Source of the DNA: Candidatus Spongiisociaceae bacterium
Lineage (GTDB): Bacteria > Actinomycetota > Acidimicrobiia > Spongiisociales > Spongiisociaceae
Assembly (NCBI GenBank): GCA_965219685.1
Contig: CBDCOH010000002.1
Span: 2,080,001 to 2,144,000, forward strand
Length of the DNA: 64,000 nt
Direction of reading: 5' to 3'
A model generated the notes under the pieces. It made no database searches, was not told where the DNA came from, and was given only the letters and a program-made list of their open reading frames with translations. The position numbers and the translations under genes were made by a program. Below are positions 20,088 through 29,425 of the stretch, in pieces. How positions within the stretch are numbered: position 1 is the first letter of the stretch; each line of letters starts with the position of its first letter.

Positions 20088-21164
20088 TCACCGTATCCGC
20101 TCGGCGATGGCGGTTCCGACCTCGTCGGTGCTGTTGGTCCCGCCCATGTCGCGGGTGCCCACCTCGCCTTCGGAAAGCACATCGGCGATCGCGACGCCTA
20201 CCGCGTCGGCCGCGTCGTGCTCGCCTAGGTGGTCCAGCATCATGCGAACCGCTTCGATCGACGCGATCGGGTTCACGCGCCGCTGACCAGTGTACTTTGG
20301 AGCGGAGCCGTGGATCGGCTCGAACATCGACGGGAACCGGTGCTCCGGGTCGATGTTGCCGCCGGCGGCGAACCCCATGCCTCCCTGGAGCATCGCCCCG
20401 AGGTCGGTGATGATGTCTCCGAACAGGTTGGAGGCCACCACCACGTCGAACCACTCCGGGTTCTTCACCATCCACATCGACAAAGCGTCCACCAGCGCCA
20501 TGTCCGTCTCCACATCGGGAAAGTCGGCGGCCACCTCGTCGAACACCGTGTCCCAGAACACCATCGAGTAGTTAAGGGCGTTGGACTTGGTGCAGTTGGT
20601 TACACGTCCGACCGGCGCCTCGGAACCCAGCTTGGAACGCTGCCGAGCCAACTCGAACGAGTACCGCATCACCCGCTCGCATCCCTTGTGGGTGAACACC
20701 GCGGTCTGCAACGCCACCGCGTCGGGCGTTCCCGCCTTGAAGATCCCGCCCTGGGCTGCGTACTCCCCCTCGGTGTTCTCCCGCACCACCACCATGTCCA
20801 GAGTCTCACGCGTAGCGGTCCGGATCGGTGTGCCGACCCCCGGATACAGCCGGATGGGACGCAGGTTCACGTACTGGTCGAACCCACGCCGGACGCCCAA
20901 TATCAACTCCAGCGAAAGGTGGTCGGGCATCTTGGACACGTCCCCCACCGACCCGAGGAAGATCGCATCGAACGCGGCCAGTGTGTCCAGGTAGTCGTCC
21001 GGCATCATCTTCCCGTCGGCCAGCCAACGATCGCATCCCCAATCGAACCACTCAGTCTCCACCTCGAAGCCGTGGCCACGGGCGGCCGCGACGAGGGCCC
21101 GCTCCGCCTCCTCCGACACCTCCGGTCCGACACCGTCCGCCGGGATGAAAGCTATCCGATACAC
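20088..21164 (-). CDS. Isocitrate/isopropylmalate/tartrate dehydrogenase family protein
   Basis: IPADGVGPEV, YVNLRP, VRENTEGEY, KSNAL, SNLFGDIITDL and MFEPIHGSAP. Closest in style to tartrate/D-malate dehydrogenases. Confidence 0.9.
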   Translation of the reverse strand: MYRIAFIPADGVGPEVSEEAERALVAAARGHGFEVETEWFDWGCDRWLADGKMMPDDYLDTLAAFDAIFLGSVGDVSKMPDHLSLELILGVRRGFDQYVNLRPIRLYPGVGTPIRTATRETLDMVVVRENTEGEYAAQGGIFKAGTPDAVALQTAVFTHKGCERVMRYSFELARQRSKLGSEAPVGRVTNCTKSNALNYSMVFWDTVFDEVAADFPDVETDMALVDALSMWMVKNPEWFDVVVASNLFGDIITDLGAMLQGGMGFAAGGNIDPEHRFPSMFEPIHGSAPKYTGQRRVNPIASIEAVRMMLDHLGEHDAADAVGVAIADVLSEGEVGTRDMGGTNSTDEVGTAIAERIR

Positions 21165-21453
21165 GCCAAAGACCCCTTGCTCGCCATCACCCGCGGCACC
21201 GTAACACCGCCTGATGCAGCGGCTCAAACCGTCGACCTAGGCGGGAGGGATGGCAACCTGATCAGGTTAAGGCCTGGGAGAGACAGTCGCTGAGGCAAAG
21301 CCTATGTCTCCGCTCGACTGTCGGCGATCATCAAGCGTTCACGTCATCCCCGCCCACCGGATGGATCATCTAGTACCTCTTTGACTGAGGGTCCGGGTGT
21401 GGCTGGCAGACCGGCTGCCGTCTACTGTTCGATCAGAGTGTTTTCGATATATA

Positions 21454-21487
21454 GGGGTTGACACTGTCACACAGGATTGATACAACT
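21454..21487 (+). promoter_or_regulatory. Promoter of the DUF222-HNH gene (TTGACA-17bp-TACAAC with overlapping TGTCAC-N10 motif), probably leaderless
   Basis: GGGGTTGACACTGTCACACAGGATTGATACAACTTAGGGC-ATG. The -10 is imperfect. The left part nearly matches 12251-12268. Confidence 0.55.
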
Positions 21488-21493
21488 TAGGGC

Positions 21494-22780
21494 ATGGATA
21501 ACGAACACGCGTTCGCTAATATCCGCCAGCCCGCTGCTGCAGGCGGCACCCGACGGATCTCAGCCGATCGGTCGGGTCATATTGTGGACTCCCGCATCGT
21601 TGCTTCGCTTGCGGAGTTGGAACAGGTCCGCATCCTGCCGATGTCGCAGCACCACGCAGACCGGACGCTCGGAGTGCTGAGCCGGATCCAATCGGTAGCC
21701 GCATCACTGATGTGCGACGTGACAGAGATGCTGGCAGCCACCGACTCCGAAGCGGACCCCGCCGAGGCACTGCGGCAGGGAGCGAGGATACCCACCCGCG
21801 AGTCCAAGCGGATGGCCAAGATGGCAAAGCAACTCTCGGACATGCCCAAGGTCAAAGAACGGTTCGCCACCGGCGACATCACCCCCGATCACGTCAAGGC
21901 TCTGGCCAACGCCGCCGCGAAAGTCGGCCCCGAAGCGGTGGACACCGACGAGACCCTGCTCGAAGCCGCCGACGAGATGCTCCCGGACACCTTCAACCGC
22001 CACGCCCGCAAATGGTCCGATGAGAAGCTGATCAAACGGGGCCTTGATCCGCTCGAGCGTCAGCGGCGGGCCCGTGAAGCCAAGATGTGGGTCGAGAAGG
22101 ACACCGGCCTCGGGGTGGTGATGGCGAAGCTCCCCCGACCCCAGTTCGAACAGGTCCGCCAAGCGATCGACAACCACTACCTGCACCATCTCCGCCAGGA
22201 CGGCGCCGACGAGCGCGATCCTGACAAGGTACGCACCCCCAAGCAGCGACTCGCCGACGTTGTCTTCGAGCTGTTCACCAACCGCTCGGCGTTAACCGGC
22301 GAGTTCCTTTCCGAGCAGGTCGGGATCAAGGCCAAAGCCTCCACCCAGCTCATCATCGCCGCTGAGGCGGGAGTGATAGACGGAACCAACCCCGGCGGCA
22401 AGGTCGAGATCATCGGAGTAGGCCCGGTCCCCCGCCAGATACTTCAGACGCTCACCCCTGATACCGAACTCGCCGGCATGCTCTTCGACCGGAAGGGCCG
22501 CCCCCTGTGGCTAGGCCGAAACCAACGACTCGGCAACGCCGCCCAACGCCTGGCGGTGGCCGTCCGGGACGGCGGCTGCTTCGAATGCGGCGCACCCATG
22601 CACAGATGCGAACTCCACCACATCCAGGAGTGGCACCGCGACCGAGGACTCACTGACATCGACAACCTCGTCGCCGTCTGCCGCAGACACCACAAATGGC
22701 TCGAGTCCAACGACCTCGTAGTACGCCGAACCCCCACCGGCTATCAAACACACCCCCGCTCCGGGCCGGATCCTCCATGA
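21494..22780 (+). CDS. DUF222 domain / HNH endonuclease (13E12-repeat-like)
   Basis: GDITPDHV, RTPKQRLAD, PLWLGR..R...AQRLAVAVRDGGCFECG, ELHHIQEW...G.TDIDNLVAVCRRHH. Confidence 0.92.
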   Translation: MDNEHAFANIRQPAAAGGTRRISADRSGHIVDSRIVASLAELEQVRILPMSQHHADRTLGVLSRIQSVAASLMCDVTEMLAATDSEADPAEALRQGARIPTRESKRMAKMAKQLSDMPKVKERFATGDITPDHVKALANAAAKVGPEAVDTDETLLEAADEMLPDTFNRHARKWSDEKLIKRGLDPLERQRRAREAKMWVEKDTGLGVVMAKLPRPQFEQVRQAIDNHYLHHLRQDGADERDPDKVRTPKQRLADVVFELFTNRSALTGEFLSEQVGIKAKASTQLIIAAEAGVIDGTNPGGKVEIIGVGPVPRQILQTLTPDTELAGMLFDRKGRPLWLGRNQRLGNAAQRLAVAVRDGGCFECGAPMHRCELHHIQEWHRDRGLTDIDNLVAVCRRHHKWLESNDLVVRRTPTGYQTHPRSGPDPP

Positions 22781-22896
22781 TCCACCCGACGAGCCCAAAG
22801 GCCCCACCTGCCGAGGACCGGGCACTGCAACCTGTGCGTGAACACAAACACAGAGAAGCCAGGAGCCGCGCAACTCCTGGGTACGATTGGATGATC

Positions 22897-24129
22897 ATGT
22901 CGACCGACGCCGGATACCTCCCCCGACTCAAGTCTCGCGAAGGCTACGTCGATCACCTGGAGGGCTTCACGACCGCTGAGAACGGGGAGTCCGACGGAGG
23001 TCGACCAATGCGCACGCGAATCAAGACCTACATGCTTGAGACAGCGCGCTATGGCCATGCCGTCCCAGATCTTGACAGTGCCTTTCCGAGCGAGGCTCAC
23101 CTCCATCGGTTAGATGACACCCTCTACCGCGTCGAAGATGCTCCGAACGGAAACCGGGTCGTAGGACTAGTCGAGTCCCTCGGCGACGGTCGTCACCCAG
23201 TCCTCTACACCACGCTGCCAGTAGCCGAGAGTGATAGATGGGTTCGTCGCGTCGTTGACAATAACCCCTGGCTGGACCGCCTATGGCTGTCGTCGCCGAT
23301 CCTGTTCGAACTCTGGAAGTACGTGCAACGCAGCACTGCAAGTGATCGCTACGTACGTCTCGGCTTCGAACATGAAGCTTGGTATGAGGCACCCTCTGAC
23401 TTCGACCCAATCGAGGAGGACGTAGAAGCGGAGGACACATCTGACGAGGACGAAGGATTGCCGCTCAGCCGGATCGAACGCCGCCGATCCAAGGTCACGG
23501 TCACCGAAAGACTTGCGCTGCTCAATACCCAGTTACAACAGCTAATTGATCTGTACGACCCTCTTCATTCGCTTGTTCAGTTGCAGCTCCCTGCTGCGGA
23601 ACGCGGGGGACACCGCCTCTACTACGACGGACGGGCCACGAACTGGAGCGATTCGTTCCTTGATCACCGAGCAACCGTCAGTCTGGTTGTGAGGCTTTAC
23701 CGAGCTGTCACCACGCGGGCAGAGGATCGGCTCTGGGTGGACACAACTCAAGTCGGCGAGTCTGGCTTCTCAGTGAGCGGGGCACCGCTGACGATCCGGT
23801 TCAGTGAACAGCTAAGCGAGGCGACATTTGAGCGATTCGTCGACTTGGCCCTTAGGAGGCGAACCAGCCGTTTCCGGATCGGTGGCTATGTGACTCAGCG
23901 GGGACCCACCAAAGTGCACGTGGCCGGTATCGATCGCCACCTGTGGCAGCCTTTCCTGCTTGAGGCCACCAGCCGTCAACTGCTCGGAGTCCTTCCACAA
24001 GGAACCTGCGGTAACACGATCCACCGGCTAGTGACGAATGTCCAGCGGTATCTGGATCCGAAGGTGGATGTCTGGCTCGGCAGCGAGAAGTACGAAGTCG
24101 CCGTAGCAGAGTCCATGAACGCGGCGTGA
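22897..24129 (+). CDS. Hypothetical protein A (~410 aa) of a coupled gene pair
   Basis: Long ORF with atypical codon usage and a TACGAT -10 box just upstream. Has an acidic linker and a conserved-looking C-terminus GTCGNTIHRLVTNVQRYLDP. Stop overlaps the next start (GTGA). Confidence 0.8.
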   Translation: MSTDAGYLPRLKSREGYVDHLEGFTTAENGESDGGRPMRTRIKTYMLETARYGHAVPDLDSAFPSEAHLHRLDDTLYRVEDAPNGNRVVGLVESLGDGRHPVLYTTLPVAESDRWVRRVVDNNPWLDRLWLSSPILFELWKYVQRSTASDRYVRLGFEHEAWYEAPSDFDPIEEDVEAEDTSDEDEGLPLSRIERRRSKVTVTERLALLNTQLQQLIDLYDPLHSLVQLQLPAAERGGHRLYYDGRATNWSDSFLDHRATVSLVVRLYRAVTTRAEDRLWVDTTQVGESGFSVSGAPLTIRFSEQLSEATFERFVDLALRRRTSRFRIGGYVTQRGPTKVHVAGIDRHLWQPFLLEATSRQLLGVLPQGTCGNTIHRLVTNVQRYLDPKVDVWLGSEKYEVAVAESMNAA

Positions 24130-25190
24130 CAACGGAAGCCGATCTTCTCTCGGATCAGGTCTTCCAGCTCAACACGTTCCTCTGGGCACTTGAGGACCTC
24201 CCCGCACCGGGCGAGATTCGACCGGTGCTTCGGAATGCCGGCTACTACCTTGTCGCCGTCGGACGCCGAGTGCTAGTGCCAGCTGAGGACTCGGTTGTAG
24301 CCGCGCTCGAACGACTTACCGGTTCGCCTGATCGGTCTCCATGTCGGCCAGACCTATGGCTAAAGCACAAGGAACACCCAGTGCAGCCGATCGTTGAACT
24401 CAAGGCACATGGATTCTCGCCGGGTTCTTCGAACAAGCGGCAGGCGGTGAAGTTGCTCTTATCTGCCTTCGACCTTGCCGCCTCTCTTGGAGAGCAGACC
24501 GAGCGTCGTGGCCATGTGCTCTATGGAACCGTCGCAACCGATGCGGAGAGCCAGGAGACGACGCTGAAGGAACTCGCAGATGAAGTGAGGGCCACGGGTC
24601 TCCCGGCAGCACCCACCGCAGTGGTTGGACTTTTTTTGGGACACGAAGGCGTAGCGATGTCCAGTCCCACACCATCCGACCTGCCTGGGCCCGCCGCAGA
24701 AGCTCTTGCTGCTCCTGCGATCGTCCTCCAGAGGGATGGTGATAACGACTTGCAACCCCTCTATTTCGTCCCTTGGATTCCAGATATCGAAGATAGCCAG
24801 GATCCTGCCCTGCATGCCGACGGGCTTCGAGAGTTGACAGCCCGCGTACTGATACAAGTGATGGGCCACATCGGTCGGGCCCGTGTCCCGACCACACTTG
24901 CGCTGAGCGGAACCCAACTGCTCAGCAACGCTACCTTCCGCGTGTTCGATCGCTGGCACGAGGAGAACCGGAAGCAGTTCAGCGAAGCGGCCGCCAAGAT
25001 CGTCGAACGTGCGCTCAGGTCCCACGTCCAGGTCCGTCGTCATGGTGGTGACCGGCTTGAGATCGACCTGCCTAGCAAAGAGATCACGGACAAGGCCATC
25101 AGGCGCCTTGAACAGGCCGACCCCGCTGATCCGAAGAAGAACCTCGAGGCAGCGACACAAGAGCACCCGACGCTCTTCGACGACTTCTAG
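24126..25190 (+). CDS. Hypothetical protein B with putative PD-(D/E)xK nuclease motif
   Basis: RPDLWLKH...PIVELKAHGF...RQAVKLL fits the PD...ExK...Q pattern. Translationally coupled to gene A. Confidence 0.7.
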   Translation: MTTEADLLSDQVFQLNTFLWALEDLPAPGEIRPVLRNAGYYLVAVGRRVLVPAEDSVVAALERLTGSPDRSPCRPDLWLKHKEHPVQPIVELKAHGFSPGSSNKRQAVKLLLSAFDLAASLGEQTERRGHVLYGTVATDAESQETTLKELADEVRATGLPAAPTAVVGLFLGHEGVAMSSPTPSDLPGPAAEALAAPAIVLQRDGDNDLQPLYFVPWIPDIEDSQDPALHADGLRELTARVLIQVMGHIGRARVPTTLALSGTQLLSNATFRVFDRWHEENRKQFSEAAAKIVERALRSHVQVRRHGGDRLEIDLPSKEITDKAIRRLEQADPADPKKNLEAATQEHPTLFDDF

Positions 25191-25477
25191 ACGGTCGGAC
25201 CGTGCCTGTGTCGCTCCCGGAGCTCTGCGATGACGTCGGTCACCGGTCGGACCTTCCCGGTCTCGACTTCGCGGTTTCCGAGGGCAAGAACTTTGAGCAA
25301 GGCAAGTGTCTCCTGCATCTGCTCGTAGCTGTCGATGTCCTGGATAACCACCTTGGCCTCGCCGTTCTGGGTGATGATCAACGGTTCTCCCTGATCATCG
25401 AGTGTTCGTACGATCTCGCCGGCATGAGCCTTGAGATAACTGATCGACTTGATCCGGTGGGACACTCTCTTGGCCAT
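25187..25477 (-). CDS. Phd/YefM family antitoxin (orphan)
   Basis: IKSISYLKAHAGEIVRTL...PLIITQNGEAKVVIQDIDSYEQMQETLALLK. GAGGAG RBS. Confidence 0.9.
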   Translation of the reverse strand: MAKRVSHRIKSISYLKAHAGEIVRTLDDQGEPLIITQNGEAKVVIQDIDSYEQMQETLALLKVLALGNREVETGKVRPVTDVIAELRERHRHGPTV

Positions 25478-25589
25478 CTCCTCTCCGGACCGAACATATT
25501 CATAGGCCGGTCAGGAATCTCCGTCGCTCTGCCCAAACTATCCTAGGTACCCTTCGAATCAATCAAGACTTTGTAGTACTTTGTCTTTC

Positions 25590-25874
25590 ATGAACATGAA
25601 TCGTGAGACCGATCCGTCGACCGAAGAGGTAGACAAGGTCTACTGCATCCGGGTGACAAGGGGCAACGGTCAGATGGATCCACAGCTCGCTGCCGCAATG
25701 CAGGAGGTCCACGAGGCGAGGCTCCGGGACCCGAACAGTTGGGACAACAACCCGGACAAGCAGCGAGAGGCGTTAGAAGGTCTCGGCAAGCTGCTCGCCG
25801 AGTGGCAGGAGGAGAACGGCGCCTTCACGGAAGAAGAACTCGCGAGAGCCCGGGCGAGCATGTACGGACCGTGA
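25590..25874 (+). CDS. Putative antitoxin of a PIN-toxin module, copy 1
   Basis: C-terminal LGKLLAEWQEENGAFTEEELARARA, typical of actinobacterial VapB-like partners. TACTTT -10 box 7 nt before the ATG. GTGA overlap with the PIN gene. Confidence 0.7.
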   Translation: MNMNRETDPSTEEVDKVYCIRVTRGNGQMDPQLAAAMQEVHEARLRDPNSWDNNPDKQREALEGLGKLLAEWQEENGAFTEEELARARASMYGP

Positions 25875-26266
25875 GTATCGTGCTCGACGCCGGAGCCCTG
25901 ATCGCGCTCGACCGTGGCAACCGGGAGGTCTGGTCACGCCTCCAAACCGCCTTCTAGGACGGCGATCGCGTTCGGGTCCCCGCCGGGGTGATCGGCCAGG
26001 CTTGGCGGAAACCCAGCCGGCAGGTACTCCTTTCGCGAGCCCTGAAACAGTGTGACGAGATCCCCTTGGATGGTTCGACGGCGCGAACGTCGGGATGGCT
26101 ATGCGGCCCAACGGACACCGCAGACGTGATCGATGCCTCGGTAGCCCTTGTCGTGTCGTACGCCTTGGATCGAGACGCTGAGGTAGTGCTTCTCACATCG
26201 GACACAGAAGATCTCCAAAACCTCCTCGCTGCTCTGGACGCCGTTCCCCGGATCGTCAAGGTCTGA
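25871..26266 (+). pseudogene. PIN-domain (VapC-like) toxin interrupted by an in-frame TAG at 25955-25957
   Basis: MSIVLDAGALIALDRG...TAF*DGDRVRVPAGVIGQAWR...ADVIDASVA...LTSDTEDL. Both halves are in one frame. Confidence 0.85.
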
Positions 26267-26522
26267 ACCGCTCGAGCGTCACAGACCAGGAACGACCCTG
26301 CCGTCAACACGGCATTACCCCCGGAGGACTGGGACAACGTACATGGGACGTGGACATGTGCATCCATAGCGTGCTACCACGCGCCGCTGCGTTCAGGCGT
26401 CGCCGCCCATCTGAGAGCCCATTAAGCGGACTACCGGTACAGGCAGATCGCCATCCTGCTCGACTTGGGGTTCAGAGACCCGATCCACTAGACCGGTTGC
26501 GTACCCGTCACTGAAGGTCTGA

Positions 26523-27797
26523 ATGCCAACTTTCTCCAATTCTGGCAGTTCCAGACCCGCCCGGCGGTTTCTCGGCTGGCGGATCGCGGGGTTGGCCACT
26601 ATCACGGGAGCGATGACCGGTCCCGGCCAGACGATCGGGGTGTCCGTGTCGATCGACCCGTTGATCGCGGCGTTGGGACTCAGCCGGCCTCAGGTATCGG
26701 CGGCCTATCTCATCGGTACGCTCGCCGGCGCCGTTCTCCTTCTACCGGTCGGCGGTTGGATCGACCGGGTCGGCGCCCGGCGGGCCATGAGGTCGATCGG
26801 GGTAGCGTTCGGAATCGGCCTGGTCGTCATGGCGGGCGTTCAGGGCTTCGTCACCTTGGCGATCGGATTCACCCTCATCCGCTGGCTGGGCCAGGGTTCA
26901 TTGTCGCTGGTGAGTTCGGTGGCCATCGCTCACTGGTTCGAACGCCGCCGTGGACTGGTGTTCGGGGTGACGACCCCCGCTATCAGCGCCCTGATGAGCC
27001 TCACCCCGCTGATCCTGGGACTGGCCGTTGCAACCTACGGCCTGCGCGTATCGTGGCTTCTAGCTGCGGCCGCGGTCTGGATCGTCGTAGTGCCGATCGG
27101 GCACTTCGGCATCGTCGACCGCCCCTCCGACGTCGGCCAGTTACCCGACGGCGATGACATCCCGGCCTCTGTCGCCTTGGCAGGCATCGCAGCCACCCGC
27201 ACCTCCTCGACTCGGGGTCAAGCCATCACCCAACCCAGGTTCGTCCTGATGTCCTGCGTCCTCGCCACCACCGCAATGGTGGGAACCGGGCTCAACTTCC
27301 ACCAGATCTCGATCCTGGGCGGAGCCGGCCTGTCGGCGACCGAAGCCGCAGCCATGTTCGTGCCCCAGGTGTTCGGGACCATCGCTGCCGGGCTAGCTGT
27401 GGGGGCGCTCGCTGATCGACTCCCTGCCCGGGTGCTGCTGATCGCCTCGATGGTTCTCCTGACCTGCGCCCTGGCCATGGTCGGGAGTCTGGAGCCGAGC
27501 TGGCAAGTGTTCGTCTACGTGGTTCTCGTCGGCGCTGCCAGCGGGTCCCAGTTCCCGCTGGTCCCGACAATATTGCCCCGGTGGTTCGGCCTCGGGCACA
27601 TCGGCGGGATCCAAGGCATCTCCATGCTGATCATGGTCGGCGCTTCGGCCGTCGGACCAGTGACCCTGGCCCTGCTCGCCGAGGGCGGAGGGGGATATCC
27701 CGCGGCGGCCTGGTGGCTTGTCTCCTTGCCCCTGGTCGCAGGCCTAGGCGCCCTTTGGATCACCGAGCCAGCTTCCAGGTCACGCTCCCGGGCCTGA
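26523..27797 (+). CDS. MFS transporter
   Basis: About 12 hydrophobic segments. Motifs GGWIDRVGARR, WFERRRG, GALADRL and RWFGLGHIGGIQG. Confidence 0.9.
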   Translation: MPTFSNSGSSRPARRFLGWRIAGLATITGAMTGPGQTIGVSVSIDPLIAALGLSRPQVSAAYLIGTLAGAVLLLPVGGWIDRVGARRAMRSIGVAFGIGLVVMAGVQGFVTLAIGFTLIRWLGQGSLSLVSSVAIAHWFERRRGLVFGVTTPAISALMSLTPLILGLAVATYGLRVSWLLAAAAVWIVVVPIGHFGIVDRPSDVGQLPDGDDIPASVALAGIAATRTSSTRGQAITQPRFVLMSCVLATTAMVGTGLNFHQISILGGAGLSATEAAAMFVPQVFGTIAAGLAVGALADRLPARVLLIASMVLLTCALAMVGSLEPSWQVFVYVVLVGAASGSQFPLVPTILPRWFGLGHIGGIQGISMLIMVGASAVGPVTLALLAEGGGGYPAAAWWLVSLPLVAGLGALWITEPASRSRSRA

Positions 27798-27873
27798 CCA
27801 TTCCCGGTCCCGGTAACAGCGCTGATCCTAGAACCCTCTTGAACAGATCGATGGATTAGGTTACTCTGATGGT

Positions 27874-28173
27874 ATGAACACGAGACAAGCTGGAACTGAC
27901 GAACCGGACGGAGTGCCAGGAAGACTGCGCTGCATCGTGGTTACCCCATCCGGGAGAGAGATGGATCCGCAGCTGGCCGCCGCATTGCAGGAGTCCGGGG
28001 AGAGATTCGCCAAGGATCCGGACAGTTGGCACAACAACCCCGAGAAGAAGCGCAAGGCTCTTGAGGGTCTCGGCAGAGTGCTTGCCGAGTGGGAAGCCGA
28101 GAACGGCGCCTTCACCGAGGAAGAGATGGCCCGCGCCCGAGCTCTCATATACGGTGACGACGTACGTTCTTGA
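27874..28173 (+). CDS. Putative antitoxin, copy 2 (paralog of 25590-25874)
   Basis: Shares MDPQLAAA.QE, DP.SW.NNP.K and ALEGLG..LAEW..ENGAFTEEE.ARARA with copy 1. TACTCT -10 box 6 nt before the ATG. Confidence 0.7.
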   Translation: MNTRQAGTDEPDGVPGRLRCIVVTPSGREMDPQLAAALQESGERFAKDPDSWHNNPEKKRKALEGLGRVLAEWEAENGAFTEEEMARARALIYGDDVRS

Positions 28174-28192
28174 CGCCGGAGCGCTGATCGCA
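28154..28192 (+). pseudogene. 5' stub of a PIN toxin gene
   Basis: GTG-TTYVLDAGALIA matches the start of the copy-1 toxin, then runs into the stop of the convergent aminotransferase. Confidence 0.65.
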
Positions 28193-29425
28193 TCAGGAGA
28201 GGTCGGTGGTGCTTACCAGGTCGCCCTTGATCGCGTCCTCCGCAGCGGCTTGGACACGGCGGATGGCCCGTTCGATGACTTCGGGGCTGCCGCCGAACGG
28301 TAGGCGGAGGTAGCACCCCTCCTGCATGTCCCCACCGGCGAAGGACGCTCCGGGAACTGTGGGCACGCCGTATCGGGCCAGCAGGTGGCGGCAGAACTCC
28401 TCCTCCCCCACACCCAGCCGGCTGAAGTTCAGGTAGTAGAAAGTCGCTCCCTGCGGGACGACGGTCGAGATCAGATCCGACCCCTCGATGCGTCTCCGGA
28501 TGAGGTCACGGTTGTCGAGGAGGCTTTGCATTCCATTCTTGATCCAGTCCTGGGGACCGACCAGTGCCGCCCACGCCATCGCCTGGGAAGCGGGGTTGCC
28601 GGTCAGCGTCGCCCACTCGAAGGCCTTGGCCACGGGACCGACCAGTTCCTCATGGCCCGCTGCGTAGCCGATGCGCCCCGCCCGCAGCCCGTAGCACTTG
28701 GTGAAACTGTGGATGGTCAGCGTGCGCCGGGCCATGCCGGGAAGGGAAGCGATGCTGATGTGCACGTTGCCGTCGTAGACGAATCTCTCGTAGGCCTCGT
28801 CGGAGATGACGAGGAGGTCGTGGGACTCGGCGAGGCGGGCGATCTCCTGTAGTTCCTGCATGGTGTAGACCACGCCGGTGGGGTTGCCCGGGTTGATGAG
28901 GAGCAGGGCCTTGGTGCGGTCGGTCACGGCGGCTCGAAGCCGGTCGACATCGACGTGGTAGCCATCCTCCTCCCTGCAGAGAACGACCCGGGGCTCGCCT
29001 CCGTAGAAGCTGATTAGGTAGTGGACAAAGAAGCCCGGTCCGAGCATCACGACCTCGTCGCCTGGCTCGACGTAGGCCTGCAGGGTGCAGGCCACTGCCT
29101 GCATGGCCCCGTTGGTGACGACGATGCCGGACCCGGGGTCGACCGAGACATCGTTGTCACGGGACAGCTTCTCGGAGATGGCCTCACGGAGCCGGGCCTC
29201 ACCGCGTGAGTGTGGCCTCCGGTCGGAGGCCAGGGCGACCGCTCCCGCCTCCACGACGTGAGCGGGCAGAGGGTCGGTGATGCCCCCGGCGAGGCTGATC
29301 ACGTCCACGCCCCGTCTCTTCGCCACCGCGGCGATGTCCTGCGCCCATATCGTGCTGGGCACTCTCGGGGTCGCGCCCGTGGCCGCGGAGATCCGCTGCG
29401 GCGCGGGCGGGCTCCCGTCAGGCAT
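28193..29425 (-). CDS. PLP-dependent class I/II aminotransferase
   Basis: VTNGAMQA, INPGNPTG, ISDEAYE and the PLP lysine motif HSFTKCYGLRAGRIGY. Confidence 0.92.
   Translation of the reverse strand: MPDGSPPAPQRISAATGATPRVPSTIWAQDIAAVAKRRGVDVISLAGGITDPLPAHVVEAGAVALASDRRPHSRGEARLREAISEKLSRDNDVSVDPGSGIVVTNGAMQAVACTLQAYVEPGDEVVMLGPGFFVHYLISFYGGEPRVVLCREEDGYHVDVDRLRAAVTDRTKALLLINPGNPTGVVYTMQELQEIARLAESHDLLVISDEAYERFVYDGNVHISIASLPGMARRTLTIHSFTKCYGLRAGRIGYAAGHEELVGPVAKAFEWATLTGNPASQAMAWAALVGPQDWIKNGMQSLLDNRDLIRRRIEGSDLISTVVPQGATFYYLNFSRLGVGEEEFCRHLLARYGVPTVPGASFAGGDMQEGCYLRLPFGGSPEVIERAIRRVQAAAEDAIKGDLVSTTDLS

Noticed and set aside
20088-21164. leuB assignment
   Set aside because: No leucine operon context, and the sequence style is closer to tartrate/D-malate dehydrogenases. 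Left at family level.
21494-28192. Prophage or ICE
   Set aside because: No integrase, structural, replication or conjugation genes. It reads as an accretion hot spot.
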